From NCBI GenBank assembly GCA_038317055.1, contig JBBQBA010000002.1, forward strand, positions 136,106-180,966: DNA of 44,861 nucleotides, read 5' to 3'. Position numbers and translations under genes: made by a program. Source of the DNA: Candidatus Saccharimonadales bacterium (GTDB lineage Bacteria; Patescibacteriota; Saccharimonadia; Saccharimonadales; DATKHC01). Below the pieces are notes generated by a model. The model was not told the origin of the DNA and made no database searches. It worked only from the letters and a program-made list of their open reading frames with translations. Below are positions 34,105 through 43,892 of the stretch, in pieces; the stretch's first letter is position 1; each line of letters starts with the position of its first letter.

Positions 34105-34710
34105 GTGCAGATACTACCGCCTGCGCTTCAGTCAGTTATTGACGCACTAGGTACATTACCGGGAGTAGGACCTCGAACAGCTGAGCGTTATGCTTATTTT
34201 TTACTTAGGTCTGACTTTGGTAACTCTAAGAAACTAGCTAGTTCACTAAACAATCTTCACGATGGTATAGACTTTTGCGATGTAACTTTTGCCTTAATAC
34301 CAAGTGGAACTAAACTATCTCAGCTATATACGGATCCTAGTAGAGATAAGAAGATAATTGCTGTTGTAGCAGAACCTTTTGATATAGTAGCGCTTGAGAA
34401 AACTGGTCATTTCAGAGGCACCTATCATGTACTTGGTGGTCTAATATCTCCTATTGATGGTATTAACCCAGAACAACTTCATATTACTGAATTAATAAAA
34501 CGAATAGACAACGATAATGTAGAAGAGATAATTTTAGCAACAAATGCTAGTGTCGAAGGCGAATCAACCGCTTTATATCTTCAACAAGAAATCGGTAAAC
34601 GAGAAGTAAAAATTACAAGACTAGCTAGAGGACTGCCTGTTGGTGTTGATTTAGAATACGCTGATCAAATAACTTTAAGTAGAGCGCTTGAAGGAAGAAC
34701 GAACCTATAA
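34105..34710 (+). CDS. recR: Recombination protein RecR (lacking the Cys4 zinc finger)
   Basis: GTG start. LPGVGPRTAERYAYFLL (HhH), a Toprim region (AVVAEPFDIVALEKTGHFRGTYHVLGG) and ATNASVEGESTA. Only one Cys lies where CxxC...CxxC is expected. Confidence 0.85.
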   Translation: MQILPPALQSVIDALGTLPGVGPRTAERYAYFLLRSDFGNSKKLASSLNNLHDGIDFCDVTFALIPSGTKLSQLYTDPSRDKKIIAVVAEPFDIVALEKTGHFRGTYHVLGGLISPIDGINPEQLHITELIKRIDNDNVEEIILATNASVEGESTALYLQQEIGKREVKITRLARGLPVGVDLEYADQITLSRALEGRTNL

Positions 34711-35714
34711 TGACTTACGACGAATCACCAAAAATAGCTGAATTAATTTTAAGTTCAACTAAAATTCTTATACTACAAGCAGATAATCCTGATGGAGATA
34801 GTTTAGGCAGTGCATTGGCTCTTGAACAAATAATCCACGAAATGGGAAAAGAACCGATTTTATATTGTGGTATAGATATACCAACATATCTTCGACATAT
34901 GTCGGGTTGGGATAGGGTTGAGAAATTTATAGATATCGACTTCGATCTAAGTATAATTGTTGATACTAGTAGTATTGGTTTATTTGACTCTATGAATAAA
35001 ACTGATTTACAGCAAAAATTGTCCAAAATACCTTGTATAGTAATAGATCATCATGACGTAGAAGATGGAATACCCTTTGCTACTATTATTTGTAATAAAA
35101 AAGCAGTTGCAACCGGTGAAGTAATATACGAGATAGCAAGAGATCTAAATTGGAAATTGAATAACGAAGCTAAAAATAGAATTGCTAGCTCGATTATGTC
35201 GGATAGCCAGGGTTTAATTACTGATGGTACAACTGCTAGAAGTATTCATATTATTGGAGAATTGGTAGAACAAGGTGTTAGCTTAACTAAACTAGATAAT
35301 GAGCGTAGAGAACTTATGAAAAAAAGTCCTGAATTAATTAAGTACAAAGGTGAGCTATTACAAAGAATTGAGTATTTTGACGATAATCGGATAGCGTTAA
35401 TTACGATTCCCTGGGAAGAGATTGAAAAATACTCGAATGAATATAATCCTTCAATGCTAGTTATAGATGAAATGAGATTTACAGAAAATACTCAAATTGC
35501 TATAGCTTTTAAAACTTATAATAGCGGTCGAATTACTGCAAAAATTCGCTGTAATTATGGTGCAGATATTGCTTCTAAGCTTGCTGGCCATTTTGGAGGT
35601 GGTGGTCATAAATACGCAAGTGGATTTAGAATTGAAGGCGAAAGTAAACGAGATATTAATGAAATTAAGCAAGAGTGCATTAAAATAGCAACAGAACTAT
35701 TAAATAGTAAGTAA
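34710..35714 (+). CDS. DHH-family phosphoesterase (NrnA-like)
   Basis: DNPDGDSLGS, DTSS, IDHHD (DHH) and GGGGHKYASG (DHHA1 GGGH) motifs. Confidence 0.8.
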   Translation: MTYDESPKIAELILSSTKILILQADNPDGDSLGSALALEQIIHEMGKEPILYCGIDIPTYLRHMSGWDRVEKFIDIDFDLSIIVDTSSIGLFDSMNKTDLQQKLSKIPCIVIDHHDVEDGIPFATIICNKKAVATGEVIYEIARDLNWKLNNEAKNRIASSIMSDSQGLITDGTTARSIHIIGELVEQGVSLTKLDNERRELMKKSPELIKYKGELLQRIEYFDDNRIALITIPWEEIEKYSNEYNPSMLVIDEMRFTENTQIAIAFKTYNSGRITAKIRCNYGADIASKLAGHFGGGGHKYASGFRIEGESKRDINEIKQECIKIATELLNSK

Positions 35715-35719
35715 TATTT

Positions 35720-37126
35720 ATGCTAAAACTATACAATTCACTGAGTCGTAAAATAGAAATATTTAAACCAATAGACAAAGAGGTCAAAATATATACTTGT
35801 GGACCAACAGTATATGATCATGTTCATATTGGTAATCTAAGTTCATTTATATATGCCGATTTATTAGCAAGAATATTAGAGATTGATGGTTACAAGATAA
35901 AACAAGTTATGAATATTACGGATATTGACGACAAGATGATTTTGAGAAGTAAGGAAGAATATCCTGAAGAAAGTCCAGAAAATGCTTTAGCTAATTTAGC
36001 TAAACTATATGAAACTACATTTAAACAAGATATTAGTAGCGTAGGAATTAGACTAAATAAACTAGATTTTATTAAAGCTACAGACTCTATTTTACAAATG
36101 CAATCACTAATTACTAAACTTGTAAAAAATGGTTTCGCATACATCGCAGATGATGGAATATATTTTTCTATTGAAGCTTATCAAAAAGATAAGAAAAAAT
36201 ACGGACAATTACTTGAATTAGATATTCAGAATACTTCCAAAGCAAGGATAAATAATGACGAATACGACAAGCATACTGCCCACGATTTTGCATTATGGAA
36301 ATTCATGAAACCTAATGAACCAGCTTGGTCGTTTGAAATAGACGGTAAGGACTACATTGGAAGGCCTGGATGGCATATTGAATGTTCAGCAATGAGTAAT
36401 GAAAAACTAGGTATACCTTTTGATATTCATACCGGAGGTATAGATTTAATATTCCCACATCACGAGAATGAAATCGCACAGAGCACTGCCGGTAATTCTA
36501 GTCCACTATATGCTAAATATTTTATTCACAACGAACATTTACTTATAGATAAAAGAAAAATGAGTAAATCATTAGGAAACGTATATAATTTGACCGATCT
36601 TGAAGAAAAAAAGCTTGATCCACTAGCATTCAGACTGCTAATACTACAGAGTCATTACCGCAATCAAGCTAATTTTAGCTGGGAACTTCTTAAGGCTGCT
36701 TCAAATAGATTAAAAGATCTTAAGAATTTTGCAGTACTGTATTATCAAACTAAACCAACGGCTGGTAGCGAAATAAACTTCACAAAAATAACGGATGAAA
36801 TAAAAGAAGCTAGTTTTGACGACCTAAATATAGCCAAAGTCCTCGCCATTCTAAGTAATTTTCAGAATTTGATTCAAGATGAATTAGTTAATGATAATCA
36901 AAAAGAAGAATTTAAAATATTTCTTAATATGCTAGACAATCTACTTGGTCTTACACTAGGTAAAACAACAGATATTAATAGTGAACAATATAAAATTATA
37001 TTAGATAGAGACATCGCAAGAAAATCCAATGACTGGAAGAGAAGTGATGAACTTAGAGATGAATTGCTTAAATCTAATATTGGTATCAGGGATACCACAC
37101 AAGGACAAATTTGGTTTCTAGTTTAA
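35720..37126 (+). CDS. cysS: Cysteine--tRNA ligase
   Basis: CGPTVYDHVHIGN (HIGH), WHIECS and KMSKSLGN motifs. Confidence 0.95.
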   Translation: MLKLYNSLSRKIEIFKPIDKEVKIYTCGPTVYDHVHIGNLSSFIYADLLARILEIDGYKIKQVMNITDIDDKMILRSKEEYPEESPENALANLAKLYETTFKQDISSVGIRLNKLDFIKATDSILQMQSLITKLVKNGFAYIADDGIYFSIEAYQKDKKKYGQLLELDIQNTSKARINNDEYDKHTAHDFALWKFMKPNEPAWSFEIDGKDYIGRPGWHIECSAMSNEKLGIPFDIHTGGIDLIFPHHENEIAQSTAGNSSPLYAKYFIHNEHLLIDKRKMSKSLGNVYNLTDLEEKKLDPLAFRLLILQSHYRNQANFSWELLKAASNRLKDLKNFAVLYYQTKPTAGSEINFTKITDEIKEASFDDLNIAKVLAILSNFQNLIQDELVNDNQKEEFKIFLNMLDNLLGLTLGKTTDINSEQYKIILDRDIARKSNDWKRSDELRDELLKSNIGIRDTTQGQIWFLV

Positions 37127-38196
37127 TCTTCAATCATATTTCGGTGAACTAAATATTCTTTCAAAGCAATTTTAAGACAACCAGCTAAAGGAATGGCTAC
37201 AAAGGCACCAAGAAGACCACCAGCGCTTATTCCTAATAGAGCTGCTATTAACACTAACATTGGAGAAAGTTCATTATACTTGGACTGAACATAAGGCTGA
37301 ATAGTTACACTTGCAAGCTGGATATAAATAATCAGAATGATACCCATAATTAAAGCTAGAGGCCAAGAAACAAATAAACAGGCCAAAACTACAATTACCG
37401 CACCAATTATATGGCCTATCATTGGAATCAATCCAGTCAAAATAATAATTGCTGCTAATGCGACTTCATTAACAGAAACATGTAAAATATTCGTAACTAT
37501 GACTAGAGAAATTAAAGTCACAAATCCGGCTAGCAAAGCAAGTAGTATTTGACCATTTACATAACCTGTAATTATTCTATACATTCTCGAAGCAAGATCA
37601 TCTTGCCAATCATGTTTCTTAATTCTTAGTTTCTCCCATCTTTCTATCCAAGTTGGTCCTTCAACAATCATCATAAATGTAAGTACAACCACTATTATTG
37701 TAGATCCTAGTATTTGACCTATTTTTGTTGCAGTAGATAATGCTGGTGCGGTTAAGTCCGTAGTATGATTACTTACTTCTGCGTTTAAATTATTAATCTC
37801 TTTTGTTAACTTATATTTATTCACAAATTTACCAGCGGCTGTGTTAGGTTGTTTTAGTGAATTTATATTATTAGGCAAATTACTAACGAAAGTTTTAGTT
37901 TGTTTGAATAGAGGAGGTAGAATTAAAGCAAAGAAACCAACTAAAACAATCACTACCAATACATATGCTATTGATGTTGCTGCACCTCTGCTCTTTATTC
38001 TTAAATTTTTAGCTAACCATGTCACCGCAGGATTAAGTGCAATACCTAAAAACAATGAAGTAAAAACCAGCTCTAAAATGTGATCTACTTTAATAATAAA
38101 TTTCAAAGATATATAGGTAACTAGTATTAATGCTAATACTCGTATTACTGTTCTATTAGTAATTGTAACTTTTACAGAACGATTTTCATGACTCAT
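37123..38196 (-). CDS. AI-2E family transporter (PerM/YhhT-like)
   Basis: 357 aa and polytopic. The conserved C-terminal region IPMIGHIIGA...QPYVQSKYNELSPMLVL...GAFVAIPLAG is typical of the family. Confidence 0.8.
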   Translation of the reverse strand: MSHENRSVKVTITNRTVIRVLALILVTYISLKFIIKVDHILELVFTSLFLGIALNPAVTWLAKNLRIKSRGAATSIAYVLVVIVLVGFFALILPPLFKQTKTFVSNLPNNINSLKQPNTAAGKFVNKYKLTKEINNLNAEVSNHTTDLTAPALSTATKIGQILGSTIIVVVLTFMMIVEGPTWIERWEKLRIKKHDWQDDLASRMYRIITGYVNGQILLALLAGFVTLISLVIVTNILHVSVNEVALAAIIILTGLIPMIGHIIGAVIVVLACLFVSWPLALIMGIILIIYIQLASVTIQPYVQSKYNELSPMLVLIAALLGISAGGLLGAFVAIPLAGCLKIALKEYLVHRNMIED

Positions 38197-38256
38197 AGGA
38201 TTATTATCTAGTTAATTACCAACTTTTGCAATCAGATAAGCACAATAAAATATTTA

Positions 38257-39237
38257 TTACTTAGCTCTATTCTGTCTATTAAAAAGTTGTTTTAGTTTAT
38301 ATGGCATAGCTTCAGCAACATATTCAGGAGTTATTTCATTAAACTCAACCATGTGAGTAGACTTTTTTAATTTAATTTCATGATATTTTATATATATTGA
38401 TTCAAGATTAGATTTCACATTTTCAGAATATAAATATTCATCATATTTCCCGACGAGAGACCAAACGGGTAAATTAATTTTCTTTTTTGTATTATCTAGT
38501 CTTAGTATTTCTCCCAATAAGAACATTTGAGTCCTGGTGTCATTTTTCTTTTGTATATTATAATCGGCTTTAATTAATTTACGTCGTTTTTCGGTACTTG
38601 TATTTTTTCCTATACGGCTTTTTCTCTTATACATCAACTTAAAAACTGATTCCTCAAATATAACTGTTCTGTAAAGTTTAGACATTGATTTCGAACTAAA
38701 TAGTCTAGAATATGCTTTAATTTGTTTTTTTTGCCAATTAGATAATTTAAGATCATTTTTATTTGTAAAGCCTGACAAATTTATAATAAGGTTAATTTTT
38801 TTAGTAATTTCCGGGTACTTTTGTAGCATTCTAGTAACGATTACAAAACCAAAGGACATACCAACTATAGTAATTTTCTTTCTGCTAAATCTTAATTGTA
38901 TAAAAGATGCTAGATAATCGGCGTAATTATCTATTGTAGGTAATTCTCCAATCTTATAGAAGCTTTGCATGCCACCAATTCCAGGAAGATCAGGCATAGT
39001 CACATTGCCGTAATTTCTAAGTTCATGTGCTAAGACTGTCCATTTTTCTATTGTAGATTTTTGTCCATATACTAATAGAAATTCTAATTTAGATTTCTGA
39101 CTAAATTTAGGCAAGTTTAACATACGCCCCCTTAACTTGTTCATGTTTATAGGTACTATATATTTAAGGCTAGTGTGAGGCTTAATATTTTGCATTTCGT
39201 TATTTAAAACTTTAGGTGATAAGCTATAGACTAGCAA
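38257..39237 (-). CDS. Alpha/beta hydrolase-fold protein
   Basis: VGMSFGF (GxSxG nucleophile elbow) after a beta-strand, with size and pattern typical of the fold. Start uncertain: TTG 39237 or ATG 39195. Confidence 0.55.
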   Translation of the reverse strand: MLVYSLSPKVLNNEMQNIKPHTSLKYIVPINMNKLRGRMLNLPKFSQKSKLEFLLVYGQKSTIEKWTVLAHELRNYGNVTMPDLPGIGGMQSFYKIGELPTIDNYADYLASFIQLRFSRKKITIVGMSFGFVIVTRMLQKYPEITKKINLIINLSGFTNKNDLKLSNWQKKQIKAYSRLFSSKSMSKLYRTVIFEESVFKLMYKRKSRIGKNTSTEKRRKLIKADYNIQKKNDTRTQMFLLGEILRLDNTKKKINLPVWSLVGKYDEYLYSENVKSNLESIYIKYHEIKLKKSTHMVEFNEITPEYVAEAMPYKLKQLFNRQNRAK

Positions 39238-39299
39238 GCATAAGCTTATACTTTGTTACTAGATAAGAATCTCAGGCTTATGTATAATCTCAATAGCAA

Positions 39300-39373
39300 T
39301 GGGAAGTCGTCTAGTGGTAGGACACCGGGTTTTGGTCCCGGCAACAGGGGTTCGAGTCCCTTCTTCCCAGCCA
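39300..39373 (+). tRNA. tRNA-Gln (anticodon TTG)
   Basis: Manual cloverleaf: acceptor TGGGAAG/CTTCCCA (U1-A72), anticodon stem CCGGG/CCCGG with loop TTTTGGT, T arm AGGGG-TTCGAGT-CCCTT, G73 and encoded CCA. TATAAT at 39283-39288. Confidence 0.95.
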
Positions 39374-39473
39374 AGACTATTTAGGATATTTAGGTTTCAG
39401 TTATTTATTAGAACGAGATTATTATTACAGAAATATAAGATTACAAATTATAATATCTAAAGATAGATTAGTT

Positions 39474-40397
39474 TTAGTACCCTGGACCGCCAAATCTAAA
39501 ACCATTTGTTTTATTAGAACCATTACTATAAGCCGTAGCAGTTACACCAACACTATATTCACTAAGTGCAGGTTTTTGACTAGTACCTATAAGTGAGAAA
39601 CTATGAAAAAATGCAGACTTAACTTTACTACCAAGCACTCCATTACCCATTTGTGTTTTTGGTAATTGTGTCATAGATGCTGCAACCTCTCCAAATACTT
39701 GAATTAATCCGGTTTTAATAAAGTATCCACCCCATAGACTTTCTGGATAGTATCCTAGTTCGGTATTATTGTAATAAATTTGCCATTGATTGTTACTATA
39801 TTGTATTTTGAATTTGCCGGTTGTTCCTGCTTGAATTGGTTCACCGGCATAATAAGTCCCTTTTAGTGCTACGAAACCACATCCGTTATAACAACTTGAT
39901 ACTCGATTTACCCAATGATAAACGAATAAATGCGCCAAGTTATCACCATTAATTTGATTTGCTACTACCCAGCCAACTTCAACTATTTGTTGACCATCTG
40001 GAGATTGGACAGCTAATTCAGCTAAAGAATGCATATCTGAAGTTCCTACTTTAGGATCTGCTTGAGCAATACTAACTGAAGCACCTGTACCTGAAAAATT
40101 ACTTTGTGATGCACCGACATAATAGTAACATGCACCTAATTGACAGACACCCGTTGGAGCAGTATTTGTAGTTGTAGTAGTGCTTAAATTGGAATGTGCG
40201 ACTGGTTGATTAGCGGTTGTTAATGCCGGAGGTAGACCTTTTGGAGCATTTATAATATGAGCTACTTCTATATTATTTGGTGTCGCTGCATGACTAGCAG
40301 TTATAACTCTGACACCAACTGCAGCTATTATAAATACTGCAAGTAATGGAAACATAAGATGAGTAGATCCAATTTGATTTAATTTTAGTAGTTTCAT
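39474..40397 (-). CDS. Secreted neprosin/DUF239-like protein (putative glutamic peptidase family)
   Basis: N-terminal signal/anchor. The C-terminal 200 aa (HSLAELAVQS...IVEVGWVV...LFVYHWVN...CYNGCGFV...QWQIYYNNTELGYYPESLW...VFGEV) follows the DUF239/neprosin motif order as I remember it. Confidence 0.6.
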   Translation of the reverse strand: MKLLKLNQIGSTHLMFPLLAVFIIAAVGVRVITASHAATPNNIEVAHIINAPKGLPPALTTANQPVAHSNLSTTTTTNTAPTGVCQLGACYYYVGASQSNFSGTGASVSIAQADPKVGTSDMHSLAELAVQSPDGQQIVEVGWVVANQINGDNLAHLFVYHWVNRVSSCYNGCGFVALKGTYYAGEPIQAGTTGKFKIQYSNNQWQIYYNNTELGYYPESLWGGYFIKTGLIQVFGEVAASMTQLPKTQMGNGVLGSKVKSAFFHSFSLIGTSQKPALSEYSVGVTATAYSNGSNKTNGFRFGGPGY

Positions 40398-40598
40398 TAT
40401 TTTCCTTATTATTGTTTTATTGTATCTGTAATTAATTAACTTATACGCTAATAATCAAAGTTAGTCAATCTGTTTAAGCTTTAGTGTTAGTTAACAGGTT
40501 TTTGATGTATTATTTCTAAATTAAAATAATATTTCTAACTATTAACAAAGTTACCACCGTAGATAACGGCGGTGACTTTGTTTTCTACCGGTGCTTAT

Positions 40599-40784
40599 TT
40601 AGTGATGATGAATCAACCAAATAAATATACCCGAAGATATAGCAACTAACGCGTAGAATATGCCTAGACCAACTGGTGATCCCCAACTGAACCAAGAACC
40701 CCAAGCTCGCCAATTTAATGGCCAATTTTCAAGATGCTTTTTAGCATACTGATCTGCCAACTCTTCTTTTGCTAACTTATCCAT
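40599..40784 (-). CDS. Small Trp-rich membrane protein
   Basis: 61 aa from ATG 40784, 6-7 nt after SD AGGGTG (the ORF track starts at GTG 40793). One C-terminal TM helix, ending in HHH. Confidence 0.45.
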   Translation of the reverse strand: MDKLAKEELADQYAKKHLENWPLNWRAWGSWFSWGSPVGLGIFYALVAISSGIFIWLIHHH

Positions 40785-40853
40785 ATTTTTCACCCTTATA
40801 TATATTTAAACTAATCAAGTCGACCTATTTAATTAGTGCTCCAAAGGTGAAAA

Positions 40854-40901
40854 CCACATTCCCTTGAAGTCATGAGCGATGACAGGGTAGTTGCGAGGTG
40901 G
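40854..40901 (-). terminator. Nested GC-rich hairpin followed by a U-run (terminator of the upstream gene and/or leader attenuator)
   Basis: Minus-strand RNA: CCAC..CCCU-GUCAU-cgcuc-AUGAC-uuca-AGGG-aau-GUGG, then UUUUCACCUU. All stems are Watson-Crick. Confidence 0.4.
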
Positions 40902-40990
40902 ATTTATATCAATTTAATAATATCACTTTTATTGAAAATTTATCCGAGATTATATATTCAAATAAAATAGCTAATTAAGATATGAATAAT

Positions 40991-41440
40991 TTAAATACTT
41001 CTTGATCTGTTTCTATTTGATGTTTGTTGTGTTCGAGATACAGTCTTGTTATTTGAAGTTTCGGCTTTATCGTTAAATTCTTCAATTTCTATTAATTCCG
41101 TCTGATGTTTGGTTTGTTTTAAGGTAATGTAGGTGATTAAACTGTGTATTGCTATTGCAGCTATACCATAAACAATAATCGCAAAAAGTCCCGCTGCGCT
41201 AAAGTAGCTTCGATCAGAAATTTGATGGATTGGGAATATATCTCTAAACGGTTGCAAAAATTCAGATGCAATATTATATACAAAATGAGCGAAAGAAGCA
41301 TTAGGATTAGCGCCAAACAAAAGAAGAAGAAATCCGAGCAATAGAAACACAACTGCAATTATCAAATATGCGTAAACTAAATATGTTAAAATTCGAGCAA
41401 ATTTTATAAAGTTTAGCTTACCGTCGGATGGCTTTTTCAT
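40991..41440 (-). CDS. Integral membrane protein (YggT-like?) with a polar C-terminal tail
   Basis: 149 aa with 2-3 TM helices. FLQPFRDIFP resembles the YggT motif. Confidence 0.5.
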   Translation of the reverse strand: MKKPSDGKLNFIKFARILTYLVYAYLIIAVVFLLLGFLLLLFGANPNASFAHFVYNIASEFLQPFRDIFPIHQISDRSYFSAAGLFAIIVYGIAAIAIHSLITYITLKQTKHQTELIEIEEFNDKAETSNNKTVSRTQQTSNRNRSRSI

Positions 41441-41694
41441 ATTAACACTCCCAAATTAGAAACATTTAATTCATGTTAATTATATGACTTTAATGAATAA
41501 ATGCCAATATATGAAAAGTACGTTTAATATTACCATAAACAAGTCTCACATTAATTAGTCTAGAATTAAACACTTAGCCTGATAAAATTAAATATATCTA
41601 TAATTAGTTTTTACTAATCTCGCGATCAAAATAACTATGCTAGTAAAAATAGATCCATTCATACTATAATAAATTTAAATAGGAGAAATGACGA

Positions 41695-43278
41695 ATGTCG
41701 AAGGTAGCTGTAAAGCCGACTAACAATAGTAAATTATCATTATTATTAGCAATGGCAATGTTTGTATTAGTAGTTGATACATCACTGATGAATGTATCTA
41801 TTACCGCTGTAACACATTCTCTTCATACAACAGTTAGTGGAGTTCAATCAGCTATAGCGCTTGAAGCATTAATATCTGCTGCATTTATTCTTATAAACAG
41901 TAAGGTTGGCGATATTATCGGACGTAAAAGGGCATATGTCCTTGGATTGATGGCTTATGGTGTTGGAGCCTTAGCTATGACGTTAGCTCAAAATTTAAGT
42001 ACAATCATCTTTTTTTGGGCAATCATCGGTGGTCTAGGAGCTTCATTGCTTTTACCAGCTATGCAGTCACTTATACATGGTAATTTTACGGGTACTGCTC
42101 AAAAGAAAACCTATGCACTAGTCGGAGCTGCTTCTGCAATTGCAGCTGCTGTTGGACCCTTACTGGGAGGTGTAATAACTACTTATTTATCATATAGAGT
42201 AGCGTTTTTTCTTGAATTCGCGGTAATTGTTATTGTTCTCATTGGCAGCAAACTCATTAAAGACGTTAAATACACCGGACCTAGAAAAATAGATTATGTT
42301 GGTGCTGTGTTATCGGTATTTGGAATGGGCGGAGTAGTACTGGGAATTTTAGCTTGGCAAGAAGGTGGTAAGTATGTTGGTCTATATATATCAGTAGGCG
42401 TAATTATGTTATTACTATTTGCAAAATGGCTTGTTATGCAGGATCGCAAAAATAACATCACCCTGATTGATCCAAAATTATTTAAAGTTCATAACTTTCG
42501 CTTAGGGATATCAGGTCAAATGATGCAAAACATTGTACTAGGTGGTTCAATGATTGCGCTACCGCTATTCTTACAAATTTCACTAGAATATAATGCTATG
42601 AAAACTGGATTAAGTATTGCACCACTCTCGCTATCAATGTTTGCGGTTGCGCTTTATGCAGGAAAGCGATTAACTCATATTAAATCCAGCACACTAATAA
42701 AATATGGTTTTGCTTCAACTTCCTTGGGTCTACTTATTTTATTACCAATAATACCTCGTGCTGAATCAGGTTGGTCTTTATTCTTTCCGTTATTAATTTT
42801 GGGATCAGGTTTGGGATTATTAGTGTCTCAACTAAATAATTTTACTCTTGCGCCTATAAAAGAAGAGCGTATTAGTGAGGCTGCAGGAGTTAATTCAGCG
42901 GCTGGATCATTTGGTTTATCTTTTGGGTTAGCTATAGCTGGAGGACTGATGCTGGCCGTATTATCTCTTAGTTTTACGAATCTAACTAACAAAAGCACCG
43001 TTATTCCTCAGTCTCAGAAACAACAGATATCTACAAAAATGGAAACTAGTGCAGAAATAGTTAGTAACACCCATCTGCAATCGTCAATCTCAAACCAACC
43101 TGAGAATATACAACATGAAGTACTTAGCATAAATAAAAAAGCCACTCATCGTTCTTTACAAATTGCTCTTTTAGTACCTCTCTTTGCTTCGATAATAGGC
43201 ACATTTAATGGTTTCAGGATGGAAAAACTCCCAAACATAAAACCTTCCGGTAGTGCAGAAGCAGTTGCTCTAGGTTAA
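41695..43278 (+). CDS. MFS transporter, 14-TM DHA2 (EmrB/QacA)-like
   Basis: 527 aa. GDIIGRKRAYVLG (MFS motif A-like), many TM helices and a long polar insertion before the last helix. GGAG SD upstream. Confidence 0.85.
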   Translation: MSKVAVKPTNNSKLSLLLAMAMFVLVVDTSLMNVSITAVTHSLHTTVSGVQSAIALEALISAAFILINSKVGDIIGRKRAYVLGLMAYGVGALAMTLAQNLSTIIFFWAIIGGLGASLLLPAMQSLIHGNFTGTAQKKTYALVGAASAIAAAVGPLLGGVITTYLSYRVAFFLEFAVIVIVLIGSKLIKDVKYTGPRKIDYVGAVLSVFGMGGVVLGILAWQEGGKYVGLYISVGVIMLLLFAKWLVMQDRKNNITLIDPKLFKVHNFRLGISGQMMQNIVLGGSMIALPLFLQISLEYNAMKTGLSIAPLSLSMFAVALYAGKRLTHIKSSTLIKYGFASTSLGLLILLPIIPRAESGWSLFFPLLILGSGLGLLVSQLNNFTLAPIKEERISEAAGVNSAAGSFGLSFGLAIAGGLMLAVLSLSFTNLTNKSTVIPQSQKQQISTKMETSAEIVSNTHLQSSISNQPENIQHEVLSINKKATHRSLQIALLVPLFASIIGTFNGFRMEKLPNIKPSGSAEAVALG

Positions 43279-43389
43279 CTCGTTTGGTAATTAATCTATA
43301 AACAGATACTTAAGGTGACCAGAAGGTTATTATGAAAGTTGTCATATTTTTAGTTGTTGATGTTAGTTTTGATTAACTAAGTTATTAAC

Positions 43390-43791
43390 TTATTCTTGTT
43401 TCAACTCGTGTCCGTGAACAAGTAGAGCGTAAATAATAAGTACATCGACTATCATTATCATTATTGACCAGATAGGATATGCATCAACGAAAGCCATATT
43501 TGCAAGAAGACTCATTCCTACTAATATTATTGCAACTATCCTAGCCCATAGAGCACCTCGAAATAGTTCAAGTCCTGCAAAAAATACTATGATTCCAAGT
43601 ATAAGTGCAAACCATCCCCATTGCTTATAATCTAAGAGCAGTAGGTGGCTTTGTGTAACAACATAGAAGGAATCCTTAAATATTGCTACTAGACCTGCTA
43701 TTGCTTGCATTCCTCCAAGAATCATCATCATGAATCCCGCGAAGTATGACCAACCTACCCAACCTGTTGGTGTATTATTTTGAGCTACCAT
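43390..43791 (-). CDS. Four-TM membrane protein
   Basis: 133 aa. WVGWSYFAGFMMMILGGMQAIAG... Hydrophobic throughout. Confidence 0.55.
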   Translation of the reverse strand: MVAQNNTPTGWVGWSYFAGFMMMILGGMQAIAGLVAIFKDSFYVVTQSHLLLLDYKQWGWFALILGIIVFFAGLELFRGALWARIVAIILVGMSLLANMAFVDAYPIWSIMIMIVDVLIIYALLVHGHELKQE

Positions 43792-43840
43792 TAAGACCCC
43801 CTATAACCCACCGCGTTATATGTTAATTTTTTTATTATGA

Positions 43841-43892
43841 TCTTTAGCAAACAGTATTGTCAAGCCAGACTGCAAGATTTAGATTATTTTAC
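43841..43892 (+). repeat. Possible degenerate copy of the tRNA-Gln-end/array repeat
   Basis: TCTTTAGC....GTCAAGCCAGACTGCAAGATTTAGATTATTT. Shares TCTTTAGC and GTCAAG with R9, and AGCCA-GACT...ATTTAG-AT.ATTT with tRNA-Gln 39369-39395. Confidence 0.25.
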
